A stretch of 27,094 nt of DNA from Coriobacteriales bacterium (GCA_017515355.1 JAFWGD010000213.1:1-27094); one strand, 5' to 3'. Counted from the stretch's first letter, positions 1 to 8,505 are shown. Numbers and translations: made by a program. The notes: generated by a model from the sequence alone, not told the origin.

Positions 1-2
1 GG

Positions 3-422
3 CTCGATGCAGGCGCGGACGATTACCTCGCAAAGCCCTTCGGGATGATGGAGCTCGTGAGCAGATGCAATGCCCTCTTGCGAAGAGCTGGCGCATCGCC
101 TCGATGCAGCGACGAGCTGCTCGAATGCGGTCCTGTGTCGCTTAGAGCGGAGACCCACGAGGCCTATGTCGGCGATGTGCTCGTCGAGCTGACGCCCAAG
201 GAATTCGAATTGCTGAGAGCGCTGCTCTCCTCGCAGGGCAGGGTTCTTTCGCGAACGAGGATTCTCGAGGATGTTTGGGATCTGTCGTTTGCCGGGGAGA
301 CGCGCACGGTCGACACGCATGTGCAAACGCTCCGACGAAAGCTGAACGAGGCCAGTGCAGGCGCCGGCGATCTCATAAAGACGATTCGCGGGGTGGGCTA
401 CTGCATCAGGCTGGAGAGCTGA
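3..422 (+). CDS. OmpR/PhoB-family response regulator, 5'-truncated (PhoP-like)
   Basis: Frame is open from base 3: LDAGADDYLAKPFGMMEL (receiver end), then winged-helix motifs LTPKEFELL, SRTRILEDVW, RTVDTHVQTLRRKL, IKTIRGVGY. TGA lies 1 nt before the kinase ATG. Confidence 0.93.
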   Translation, partial: LDAGADDYLAKPFGMMELVSRCNALLRRAGASPRCSDELLECGPVSLRAETHEAYVGDVLVELTPKEFELLRALLSSQGRVLSRTRILEDVWDLSFAGETRTVDTHVQTLRRKLNEASAGAGDLIKTIRGVGYCIRLES

Positions 423-423
423 C

Positions 424-1821
424 ATGCGTGGATTGCGCACACTCCAGGGCAGGGTTTTCGCCGTTCTGTTCGCGCTGTCGCTTGTCGTGGTTCTCGCGGT
501 GACCGTTGCCATTACGAGCGCGAGCTTCTCGTCCTACGAATCCGAGGCGGAAGAGCTGCTCCTGTCTCAGACATCGACATGCGCCCACGAGATCGAGGGC
601 AAGAATGCAGCCGAGGCCTGCGAGACACTGGAGGAAATGCCCTTCGTGAACACCCGATGCACGCTTATCGCCGAAGACGGAACCGTGCTTTACGACAACT
701 TTGCCGATCCTGCCAGCATGGACAACCACTCTGAGCGCGAGGAGATCGTCGCTGCGCGCGAAAGCGGCCGTGTTGCCATGATGCGCCGATCGCAGACGCT
801 GGGATCCGACACGCTCTACGCGGCAGTCCAGCTCGACAACGGGATGATCCTGCGCTTGGCGGAAACCCGCGCCTCCCTCGCATCGTTTCTTGGCAGCATG
901 TCAACCCAGCTCGCAATCTCCCTGTTCGCCATCATCGTGATCTCCTTCGTCGTTGCACGGCTGCTCACCCGTATGATTGTCCGACCCTTGCGCGAAGTCG
1001 ACCTCAAGAGCGAGGGGGAGGAGCCGATAGCGGGCGCCTATGAGGAGCTGCGCCCCCTTCTGCAGCGCATCGACGCGCAGCGACGAGAGCTTGAGGACAA
1101 GAATGCGGAGCTCGAGCGCGCCGTCATGCAGCGCAGGGAGTTCACGAGCAATGTGAGCCACGAGATGAAGAGCCCGCTTCAGGTGATCGGCGGATACGCG
1201 GAGCTGATGGAAAACGGGATGGTGGCGCCGGAGGATGTTCCGAGATTCGCGAACCTGATACATCGGGAGTCGGACTCCATGCGCGCCCTTATCGACGATG
1301 TTCTGGTGCTATCGCGGCTTGATGAGCGCGCAGAAGAGACGCGAGATCTCGTCTCGCTCTCCCAGACGTGCCAGCGAGTGGCCAATCGCCTCGAAGCCTC
1401 GGCGCAGGAGAATGGCATCGAGGTCAAGCTTGCCTTGGACGAGGACGTGATCGTTCTTGGAAGCGAGCCCCTCGTCAAGCAGATGGTCTACAACCTGGTC
1501 GACAACGCCATAAAGTACAACCAACGTGGCGGCGTTGCCTGCGTGACGGTGGCGAGCTTGGACGGCAACGCCGTGCTCACTGTCGACGATGATGGCCCGG
1601 GAGTGCCCGAAGATCTTCGCGACAGGGTGTTCGAGCGCTTCTATCGCGTTGACACGAGTCGCACTAGAACGGATGGCGAGTCGGGTGGAACGGGTCTTGG
1701 GCTTGCAATCGTCAAACATGCCGCTGGGACGCTTGGAGGTACGGTAAGCGTGGAGGATTCGCCACTAGGAGGGGCGCGATTCAAGATCGTGCTCCCGGCG
1801 AGCCAGATGGATTCCCGCTAA
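424..1821 (+). CDS. Sensor histidine kinase, PhoR-like
   Basis: Two TM helices flank an extracytoplasmic domain (RCTLIAEDGTVLYDN...MDNHSEREE). H-box FTSNVSHEMKSPL, N-box NLVDNAIKYN, G1 DDGPG, F-box FERFYRVD, G2 GTGLGLAIVKH. Confidence 0.92.
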   Translation: MRGLRTLQGRVFAVLFALSLVVVLAVTVAITSASFSSYESEAEELLLSQTSTCAHEIEGKNAAEACETLEEMPFVNTRCTLIAEDGTVLYDNFADPASMDNHSEREEIVAARESGRVAMMRRSQTLGSDTLYAAVQLDNGMILRLAETRASLASFLGSMSTQLAISLFAIIVISFVVARLLTRMIVRPLREVDLKSEGEEPIAGAYEELRPLLQRIDAQRRELEDKNAELERAVMQRREFTSNVSHEMKSPLQVIGGYAELMENGMVAPEDVPRFANLIHRESDSMRALIDDVLVLSRLDERAEETRDLVSLSQTCQRVANRLEASAQENGIEVKLALDEDVIVLGSEPLVKQMVYNLVDNAIKYNQRGGVACVTVASLDGNAVLTVDDDGPGVPEDLRDRVFERFYRVDTSRTRTDGESGGTGLGLAIVKHAAGTLGGTVSVEDSPLGGARFKIVLPASQMDSR

Positions 1822-1827
1822 CGCAGC

Positions 1828-1887
1828 GCGCCCGCCCCGGCAACTTGCTCGAGGCGGGCGCTTTAATCAACCTGCCAACTTGGCAGG
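1828..1887. terminator. Two hairpins between convergent genes, probable terminators
   Basis: GCGCCCGCC (1828-1836) pairs with GGCGGGCGC (1853-1861) followed by TTTAAT. A second inverted repeat is CCTGCCAA-C-TTGGCAGG (1871-1887). Confidence 0.6.
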
Positions 1888-1909
1888 CACAGTCAACTGA
1901 CAGGCGTTT

Positions 1910-3166
1910 CTAGTACTTGCCGTACTCCTTGACGGTTTCGATCATCGCCAGCACGTTCTCGTGCGGCGAGTAGTCGATGCCGTGGCTGGTCTCGAAGATG
2001 AATCCGCCGCCAGGGGCCAGCAGGTCGAGGATGCGCTTCGTCTCGTCCTTGATCTGCTCGGGGGTCCTGCGGTCGAGATATGGCGTGTGGAATCCTCCGG
2101 CGAGGCATGCGACTCCGCCGAGAACCTTCTTCGCCTTGACCCAGTCGACGTTCTCGAAGTGGTAGACCACCTTGCCCGTCGGCACCTCGGCGAGATGCTC
2201 GAGACGCGTGGTGTAGGGGCCCTCTGTGTAGATGTAGGGGATCATTCCCACGTCGATGATGTGGTTGATGATGATCTGCAGGTGGTTCCAGTAGAACTTG
2301 ACGTAGTCCTCGTCGCTCATGAAGCCGTCCATGCCCTTGTGCAGCGGCATGAAGACGTACTTGCCAGGCCACGTTTGCGCCGCCATGTCGATCATCATCA
2401 GCTGGTTCTGGAGCTCTTCCTCGCAAAATGCCATGACCTCGTTCGGATACTCGCCCATGTCGATCAATCCATCGACGGTGCCGCGATAGAAGTCGCTATA
2501 GGTGTCGAAGGGAACGGAGGCCATCGCGCGCGTCATCACCGGGTAGCCCGCCTCCTCGATAGCCGCGTTGAGCCCCGCCATCGCCGGGCCGTTGACCATG
2601 AGCTTATCGCCGATGGCCCAGAGCTTCTCGACCATGTTGCGGAAGTCCGGATGGCTGAAGGTGCCCGCCATCTGCAGGAAGCTGACGAACGGGTTGAGTC
2701 CGCGGGCGGGAATCATGGCCAGCGGAGCGAGCAGGCCGCTCGAACGCGGGGCACCCTTTGCGAGTGCCCACTCGGCGCGGTTGTATGCGAAATCCTCGAC
2801 CTCGTCATCCTCGACCACCGGGAATTCGAGGAACTGGTGGATCGAGTTCTTGTCGATCCTGGCGTTGGGCATGCCGGCCCACATGATCGTCTTCGGGTCG
2901 GCGAGCTCGTAGACCGGGCCCATGCCGACGTTGACGTAGTCCTGTCCCATGACCATGTCCGGGTCGAACAGCTCTGCGAACCTCAGCATGTCTGCCGTTG
3001 CCAGCTCGGCCTTCTCGTCGTAGAGGATCTCCGCCATCGTGTGGCCGGCATCGTAGAACGGGAAGCACTGCAAAATCGGATTGATGGGCACGCGGTCTGG
3101 CTCCTTGAGGGCAATCGCGTCGTACAATCTGCTGATCTTCTCGTTGTATTTGGCTTGATTGGACAT
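1910..3166 (-). CDS. Uroporphyrinogen decarboxylase-family (URO-D / MtaA-CmuA-like) protein, not canonical HemE
   Basis: EPDRVPINP N-terminus, PLHKGMDGFMSDEDYVKFYW, CLAGGF, LAPGGGFIFETSHG C-terminus. No RQAGRY HemE motif. Start moved to ATG 3166 because of RBS GGAAAGGGG. Confidence 0.8.
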   Translation of the reverse strand: MSNQAKYNEKISRLYDAIALKEPDRVPINPILQCFPFYDAGHTMAEILYDEKAELATADMLRFAELFDPDMVMGQDYVNVGMGPVYELADPKTIMWAGMPNARIDKNSIHQFLEFPVVEDDEVEDFAYNRAEWALAKGAPRSSGLLAPLAMIPARGLNPFVSFLQMAGTFSHPDFRNMVEKLWAIGDKLMVNGPAMAGLNAAIEEAGYPVMTRAMASVPFDTYSDFYRGTVDGLIDMGEYPNEVMAFCEEELQNQLMMIDMAAQTWPGKYVFMPLHKGMDGFMSDEDYVKFYWNHLQIIINHIIDVGMIPYIYTEGPYTTRLEHLAEVPTGKVVYHFENVDWVKAKKVLGGVACLAGGFHTPYLDRRTPEQIKDETKRILDLLAPGGGFIFETSHGIDYSPHENVLAMIETVKEYGKY

Positions 3167-3478
3167 AGTTACCCCTTTCCATGCGTTGCGAGTCGTCATT
3201 GCTGCGGCTGCGCAGCCATGCCAGCTGCCGCGCGTCCGCGAAGAATGCGCCGATTGCCAGTCAGGCGCATTCGGTATCCCTGTGATTCAAATTATAGGGA
3301 GGTTTCCAAAGTTGACGTTCGTAATTGGCTATTTGCTTACAAATGTAGTGAAATGACGAGCGCGCTCTGGATGCCGATGCCCTGCGCGATTCGGTAGCGT
3401 GCGAGCGCGACATGGACGCTCCGCGGCCTGTTTTGTGGGAGAATGTTGTTGAACGATTCAATCGATGAAAGGCTTCCC

Positions 3479-4597
3479 ATGCAGAGCACTGCCGGCACGA
3501 TAGAAACCCCGAGACTCATCCTGCGTCCGTGGAAGGCGAGCGACGCGCGCGCCCTCTACGTTGCGACATGCGATCCCGAGATCGGATCGAAGGCGGGTTG
3601 GGCTCCCCACAGAAGCGTCGAGGAGTGCAAGCAGGTGATCGCCGATGCGCTCATGGCGCCCGAGAACTACGCGCTGACGATCAAGGGAACCGCGCGCTCG
3701 ATGCGTCCCGTGGGTTCGATCGAGCTCACTTTCGGCGGCGGCGACGACCTCGATATCGGAGCCGACGAGGCGGAGCTCACATTCTGGATCGCCAAGCCAT
3801 TCTGGGGCAACGGATATATGCCGGAGGCGATCATCGCCCTGCTGCGCCACGCCTTCCTCGACCTCGGGCTCTCGGCCGTATGGTGCGGCTACTTCGAGGG
3901 CAATGCCCAAGGCGCGCGCGTGCAGGAGAAGACGGGCTTCATCTTCCAGTACACGATCGCCGACGCGCCAAGGCCGTTTTACAACGACACCGCCAGCAAG
4001 CATTTCACGCGCCTGACCCGCGATCAATGGCAGAGGGGCCAGGGCAACGACCCCATCGACTCCGCTTCCGTAGCCAATCAGCTCGACGAGGCGGCCGACC
4101 TCATAGAGAGGATCCCGCTCGTCGCGCAGATTCGTTCGGGCGGGCAGACCGGCGCCGACCGCGGCTCGCTGGATGCGGCGCGCGAGGCGGGCATCCCGAT
4201 TTGCGGATGGTGCCCGGCCAACGGGCTTGCCGAGGACTCGACTCCCGGCAACACGCTGCTGGAGATGTACCCAGAGCTCGTCTCCACGCCGTCGACGGGT
4301 TACGTGCAGCGAACCGCTTGGAACGTGCGCGACTCGCACGCGACGCTGATAGTGGCGCCCGATGGCCTCGAGCCAGGCAGCGGCACCGAGATGACGAAGC
4401 GCTTCGCAGAGGCTTATGGCAGGCCATGCCTCGTGGTTGCGGGACCAGAGGATCTGGATGACATCATCCCGTGGCTGGAGCGCGAGGGCAAGGGCTTGGT
4501 GCTCAACGTCGCAGGGCCGCGCGAGTCGAAGCTTCCCGGCGTGTACGAGATCACGAAAGCGGTGATCGCGGCGCTTCTAGGCGGCGAGTTGGGCTAA
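3479..4597 (+). CDS. RimJ/RimL-type GNAT acetyltransferase fused to a circularly permuted YpsA SLOG ('putative molybdenum carrier') domain
   Basis: N-half: IETPRLILRPW, ELTFWIAKPFWGNGYMPEA, VQEKTGF. C-half: IRSGGQTGADRGSLDAA, GWCP, RTAWNVRDSHATL, GT.MT, LNVAGPRES. ATG 3479 follows GAAAGG. Confidence 0.82.
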   Translation: MQSTAGTIETPRLILRPWKASDARALYVATCDPEIGSKAGWAPHRSVEECKQVIADALMAPENYALTIKGTARSMRPVGSIELTFGGGDDLDIGADEAELTFWIAKPFWGNGYMPEAIIALLRHAFLDLGLSAVWCGYFEGNAQGARVQEKTGFIFQYTIADAPRPFYNDTASKHFTRLTRDQWQRGQGNDPIDSASVANQLDEAADLIERIPLVAQIRSGGQTGADRGSLDAAREAGIPICGWCPANGLAEDSTPGNTLLEMYPELVSTPSTGYVQRTAWNVRDSHATLIVAPDGLEPGSGTEMTKRFAEAYGRPCLVVAGPEDLDDIIPWLEREGKGLVLNVAGPRESKLPGVYEITKAVIAALLGGELG

Positions 4598-4792
4598 TCG
4601 AGACAGATTACGCATATTCCCCGCTAGTGCGCATTTTCACCCATTATCCACTTGCGTTGGCAGAGCGATTCCAACTAGTGCGTTTGTGGTGCGGGCTCAA
4701 GGGACTATTCTCCACGCGTCCGTTTACCCACAATATCAGCTTTGCTGCATGAATTATTCACAAGGACACATTTGCCATAGGATAGAAACGAA

Positions 4793-4807
4793 CTGTAACC
4801 GTTACAG
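4793..4807. promoter_or_regulatory. Palindromic operator CTGTAAC-C-GTTACAG, probable TetR autoregulatory site
   Basis: Perfect 7-bp inverted repeat ending 11 bp before the TetR ATG and touching the RBS. Confidence 0.5.
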
Positions 4808-4818
4808 GGAGTACGAGA

Positions 4819-5385
4819 ATGTATCATATTTCCAAAGATGCGCGCGCCAGGAAATCGGCCACACTGATCTGCAATGCGGTTCTCGAGCTGGCTCAAACGA
4901 AGAAGCTCGATTACATCAACGTTTCTGACATCCAAAAGCAGTCGACGGTCAGCCGCAGCACCTTCTACCGCCTCTTCGACAACATCATGGATGTGCTGGC
5001 ATACATGTGCGATCAGATGGTCGACGCCACCACGCGCAAAGCAGACGAGATATTCGAAAGCTCAAGGCGCGAAGCCATGCTCTCGATCATCTCCAACGGG
5101 ATGGAAAACTCCGCCCTGCTCCAGGTTCTCGTTGAAAACAACCACGTCGATATCCTGTACCGCTCCTATCTCAAGCATGCGGAAGATATCGTTAAGCAGG
5201 TCGATAGCGATCTGACCACTGACGATGCGGTCGCGCAGTACCTCATACACGACATGCCTATCTTCGTATCGTCCATGTTCCACACATGGGTCTCGCGCGG
5301 ACAGCGCGAAACCCCAGAGGAGCTCTATGAGATCTTCAAGAAGTGCTTCTCGTATGGTGCGGCGATGTTCGGCGCGAACGACTAG
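4819..5385 (+). CDS. TetR/AcrR-family transcriptional regulator
   Basis: N-terminal HTH DARARKS...INVSDIQKQSTVSRSTFYRLF; C-terminal HTWVSRGQRETPEEL. Confidence 0.88.
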   Translation: MYHISKDARARKSATLICNAVLELAQTKKLDYINVSDIQKQSTVSRSTFYRLFDNIMDVLAYMCDQMVDATTRKADEIFESSRREAMLSIISNGMENSALLQVLVENNHVDILYRSYLKHAEDIVKQVDSDLTTDDAVAQYLIHDMPIFVSSMFHTWVSRGQRETPEELYEIFKKCFSYGAAMFGAND

Positions 5386-6482
5386 GATCTGTTCGCCAGT
5401 TTTTCCATAATCGAGGGGATATCGATTCCCTGCGGGCAGTGCTGCGTGCACGCCCCGCAACCTACGCATGTCTGCGGGCCCTTCTCCAGCCAGCCAAGCT
5501 GCTCTTCGGCAGACGCTTTGTTTCCCATCGCCAGCTCGTTGAAGGCCTCCATCGCCACGGGGATGTCTATGCCAGACGGGCAGCTCTCGGTGCAGTATCT
5601 GCATGCGGTGCACGGGGCAGCCATCGACTCCCTGATCGCCCCGCACGACTTCAGCACCAGTTCGACCTCCCGGGCGTTGAGAGCCCTTCCATTGAAGGTT
5701 GCGACGTTGTCCGTCAGCTGCTCGAGGTTCGACATTCCGGAGAGGATGACCTTCGCGTTGTCGAAGCGCTTCACCCAGCGCATCGCCCATGAGGCGGCGC
5801 TCCAATCGGGCTGCAGGCTGCGCATCTCGGCTGCGTCTCCGGCGAACTTCGCGAGCTTTCCGCCGCGCACCGGCTCCATGATGACCAGGGGGATGCCGCG
5901 CTCCTCGAATAGCTCGTACTCCTCCTTCGCGGTTCCGTTGACCCAGTCGTAGTAGTTGAACTGGATCTGCGCGAAATCCCATTCGTGCTCGTCTGCGAAG
6001 CGGCGCGAGGTCTTGACCGATGCGTGCGTCGAGAATCCGAACTGCCCGATCTTGCCCTCCTCCTTCATGCGTTGGAAGAACTCGATGCTGCCCTTGTTGG
6101 TGTATGTCTTGTAGCTGCTGTCGGTGAGGCCGTGGATGAGGTAGAAGTCGATGAAGTCGACCTTCAGGCGCCGAAGCTGGTTCTCGAATGCCTTGCGGTA
6201 GTCGGGATGACCGAGCGCGTAGTACTTCGTGGCGATGTGGAAGCTGTCGCGGTCGTAGCGCTTGACGAGCGCCTTGCCGAGGAACTCCTCCGAGCCCAAG
6301 TAGACGATTGCGGCATCGTAGTAGTTGATTCCGAGCTCCTGCGCGGTGCTGATGATCCTCTCCGCGCGCTTGTAGTCGATTCCTCCGAGTTTGGCGATGC
6401 TTCTTGGCAGGCGCATGTTGCCCATGCCGAGCCGAGAGACCTTCACTCCGTTGAGATCCACGTATTCCATCGGTACCGCCAT
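5382..6482 (-). CDS. Aldo/keto reductase with C-terminal 2x[4Fe-4S] dicluster domain
   Basis: VSRLGMGNMRLP, GINYYDAAIVY, IATKY, DFIDFYLIHG, GFSTH, QIQFNYYD, IMEPVRGG, ILSGMS; CTACRYCTESCP and CVGCGACTQHCP. Confidence 0.9.
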   Translation of the reverse strand: MAVPMEYVDLNGVKVSRLGMGNMRLPRSIAKLGGIDYKRAERIISTAQELGINYYDAAIVYLGSEEFLGKALVKRYDRDSFHIATKYYALGHPDYRKAFENQLRRLKVDFIDFYLIHGLTDSSYKTYTNKGSIEFFQRMKEEGKIGQFGFSTHASVKTSRRFADEHEWDFAQIQFNYYDWVNGTAKEEYELFEERGIPLVIMEPVRGGKLAKFAGDAAEMRSLQPDWSAASWAMRWVKRFDNAKVILSGMSNLEQLTDNVATFNGRALNAREVELVLKSCGAIRESMAAPCTACRYCTESCPSGIDIPVAMEAFNELAMGNKASAEEQLGWLEKGPQTCVGCGACTQHCPQGIDIPSIMEKLANRS

Positions 6483-6555
6483 TCAGTCCAGGTGGTGCTA
6501 CCTTGCGTGCTGTTGCGGTGCTGCTGGTGCTTGGTGGCGCTTGGGCGGCGACGGC

Positions 6556-7050
6556 CTAGTGGCCTTCGCCGGCCATCATGTGGGCCGCGTGTTCGAGGAC
6601 TCCCACGACGCCCTCCCAGTTCTCCCGAGCGGCCTTCTCGCTGCCAGGGAAGTTGATGACGAGGGTGCGCCCGCGCTGCGCCGCTATGGCCCTGGAGAGC
6701 ATTGCCCGCGGCGTGATCTGCATGCTGTGGGCGCGCATCCCCTCGGCGATTCCGGGAACCTCGCGCTCGCAGACGGCGCGCGTGGCCTCGGGGGTCACGT
6801 CGCGCAGCGATAGCCCGCTTCCGCCGCAGGTCAGGATGACGTCTACATCGAGGTCATCCGCCGCCTCAACGATGGCCAGCGAGATCTGCTCGATCTCGTC
6901 CTTGACTATGACATGGCTTTCGCAGATCCAGCCCTGCTCGGCGATCAGGCCCTTGAGGGCAGCTCCCGCCGTGTCCTGCTCGAGCGTGCGCGTGTCGGAG
7001 CACGTGATGATTGCAAACCTGATCTTCATTGGCTCGTAGTTCTCGCCCAT
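6556..7050 (-). CDS. mogA: MogA/MoaB-family molybdopterin adenylyltransferase
   Basis: IITCSD, DVILTCGGSG..RDVTPEAT, EVPGIAEGMR, AMLSRA, INFPGS; RBS AAGGAG. Confidence 0.85.
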   Translation of the reverse strand: MGENYEPMKIRFAIITCSDTRTLEQDTAGAALKGLIAEQGWICESHVIVKDEIEQISLAIVEAADDLDVDVILTCGGSGLSLRDVTPEATRAVCEREVPGIAEGMRAHSMQITPRAMLSRAIAAQRGRTLVINFPGSEKAARENWEGVVGVLEHAAHMMAGEGH

Positions 7051-7086
7051 AGCCCTCTCCTTGCTTTGTGCGCCGCGTGCAGTTCT

Positions 7087-8343
7087 CTAGAGCACGACCT
7101 CCTCGGGGACGTCGAGCAGCACGCAGTCGAGGATGTCCCCGGCCTTCGCGCTTACCTCGCCCTCGGGAAGGATGGCCATGCAGTTGGTCTTCTGTATCAC
7201 GCCGAAGAGCCCCGAGCTCTGGTTCTTCGCTGGGGTCACCTCGAGAGTTCCGTCTGCGCCCTTGGTCAGCGTCGAGCGCATGAAGAGGCGGCGAGGGTCC
7301 TTCTTCTTGCGGTTGCAGGTCAGCCTCGCCTTGACTACTGGATGCTCGAAGCAGCTGTAGCCTTGCATCTTGCGCAGCGCTGGGCGGATGATGAGTTCGA
7401 AGCCCATGTATGCAGCTGCAGGGTTGCCAGGCAGCCCGAAGACCGGCGTATCGTTGACGATGCCGAAGGTCTGCGCCTTGCCCGGGCGCATGTTGACCGT
7501 GGTCATCAGCAGCTCGCCCTCTTGCTCGACGATCTTCTTGATGAAGTCGAAGTCGCCGTTCGAGGCGCCTCCGGAGGTGATGACGAAATCGTGGCCCTCG
7601 GTTGCTGCGAGCACCGCGGCGGAGAGCTCGGCTTCGTCGTCGGCTACGATCGGGAGGATCTCTGGGATGCATCCGGCGGCGCGCGCGCACGCGGCGAGCG
7701 CGTAGCTGTTGGAGTTGCGGATCTGGGCTGGCGCGGGCTTTACGTTCGGCTCGACGAGCTCGCTGCCGATCGAGATGATGGCGACCTTCGGGCGCGAGTA
7801 GACCGGCACCTCGAGGATGCCGCAGCCGGCTATGAAGCCGATGCCTGCGGTTCCGATGGGCTCTCCTGCGGTGATGATGGTCTCGCCGGCCTTGGCCTCC
7901 TCGCCAGCTGCGCGCACGTTGTCGCCCACGGAGGCGGGGGAGGTGAAGGAGACGCGGCTTCCAGTGCGGCCATCGCCGGATACCACGCCGACGACCTCGT
8001 ACTTGACAACGGCATCGAAGCACTCGGGCAAGGGGGCTCCGGTCATGATGCGCACGCACTGGGCATCGGTGGCATCGCCCTCGTAGGCCACGCCTGCCGG
8101 CACCTCGAATATCACGTCGAGCTCCACTGGAGAGTCTGCCGACGCGTCAGCCAGCGAGGCGCTCTTCACGGCGAACCCGTCCATCGCGGAGTGGGCGAAG
8201 GGGCTGACGTCGATGTCGCTCGCGAGGTCGGCGGCGGCTACGCGCCCGGCAGCGTCAAGCAGCGGCACGGTTTCGGGTTCGAGCGCGCTGACGCGGGAGA
8301 GCACGAGTTCGCGGGCCTCTTCGAGGGAGATCATCTCTGGCAT
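7087..8343 (-). CDS. moeA: Molybdopterin molybdenumtransferase MoeA
   Basis: SPFAHSAMDGFAV, RIMTGAPLP, SIGSELV, IRNSNSY, ITSGGAS, MRPGK, FGLPGNP, QSSG; RBS AAAGGA. Confidence 0.95.
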   Translation of the reverse strand: MPEMISLEEARELVLSRVSALEPETVPLLDAAGRVAAADLASDIDVSPFAHSAMDGFAVKSASLADASADSPVELDVIFEVPAGVAYEGDATDAQCVRIMTGAPLPECFDAVVKYEVVGVVSGDGRTGSRVSFTSPASVGDNVRAAGEEAKAGETIITAGEPIGTAGIGFIAGCGILEVPVYSRPKVAIISIGSELVEPNVKPAPAQIRNSNSYALAACARAAGCIPEILPIVADDEAELSAAVLAATEGHDFVITSGGASNGDFDFIKKIVEQEGELLMTTVNMRPGKAQTFGIVNDTPVFGLPGNPAAAYMGFELIIRPALRKMQGYSCFEHPVVKARLTCNRKKKDPRRLFMRSTLTKGADGTLEVTPAKNQSSGLFGVIQKTNCMAILPEGEVSAKAGDILDCVLLDVPEEVVL

Positions 8344-8505
8344 TGCGGTTCCTTTCTTGCCTTGCAGAGCCGAGGGCGCGTTGGCAGAGTCCTCGGCGGA
8401 TTATCCTTGAATATGATAGCCCATCGAAGGGCTAAAACTGCTGCCGAGGACGGACAATTGCGTTATCGTACGCTTGTAGGCGCAAGGGGAGAGGAGGCGC
8501 GCGGC

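Noticed and set aside
1961-3397. Long antisense and alternate-frame ORFs (e.g. 1961-3397 +, 5062-5982 -, 11582-12583 +, 15301-16380 -, 20503-22323 -, 22642-24087 -)
   Set aside because: They mirror well-supported genes and carry no recognisable motifs; expected shadow ORFs of high-GC codon bias.
4747-4764. Rex operator (TGAA-TTA-TTCACAA)
   Set aside because: Spacer is 3 nt rather than 4, and the left arm does not match TTGTGAA.
6913-8505. 787-aa ORF suggesting a long N-terminal fusion to YaaA
   Set aside because: The extension is antisense to mogA/moeA, and YaaA has its own RBS and canonical MRIIISPAK start at 8506.
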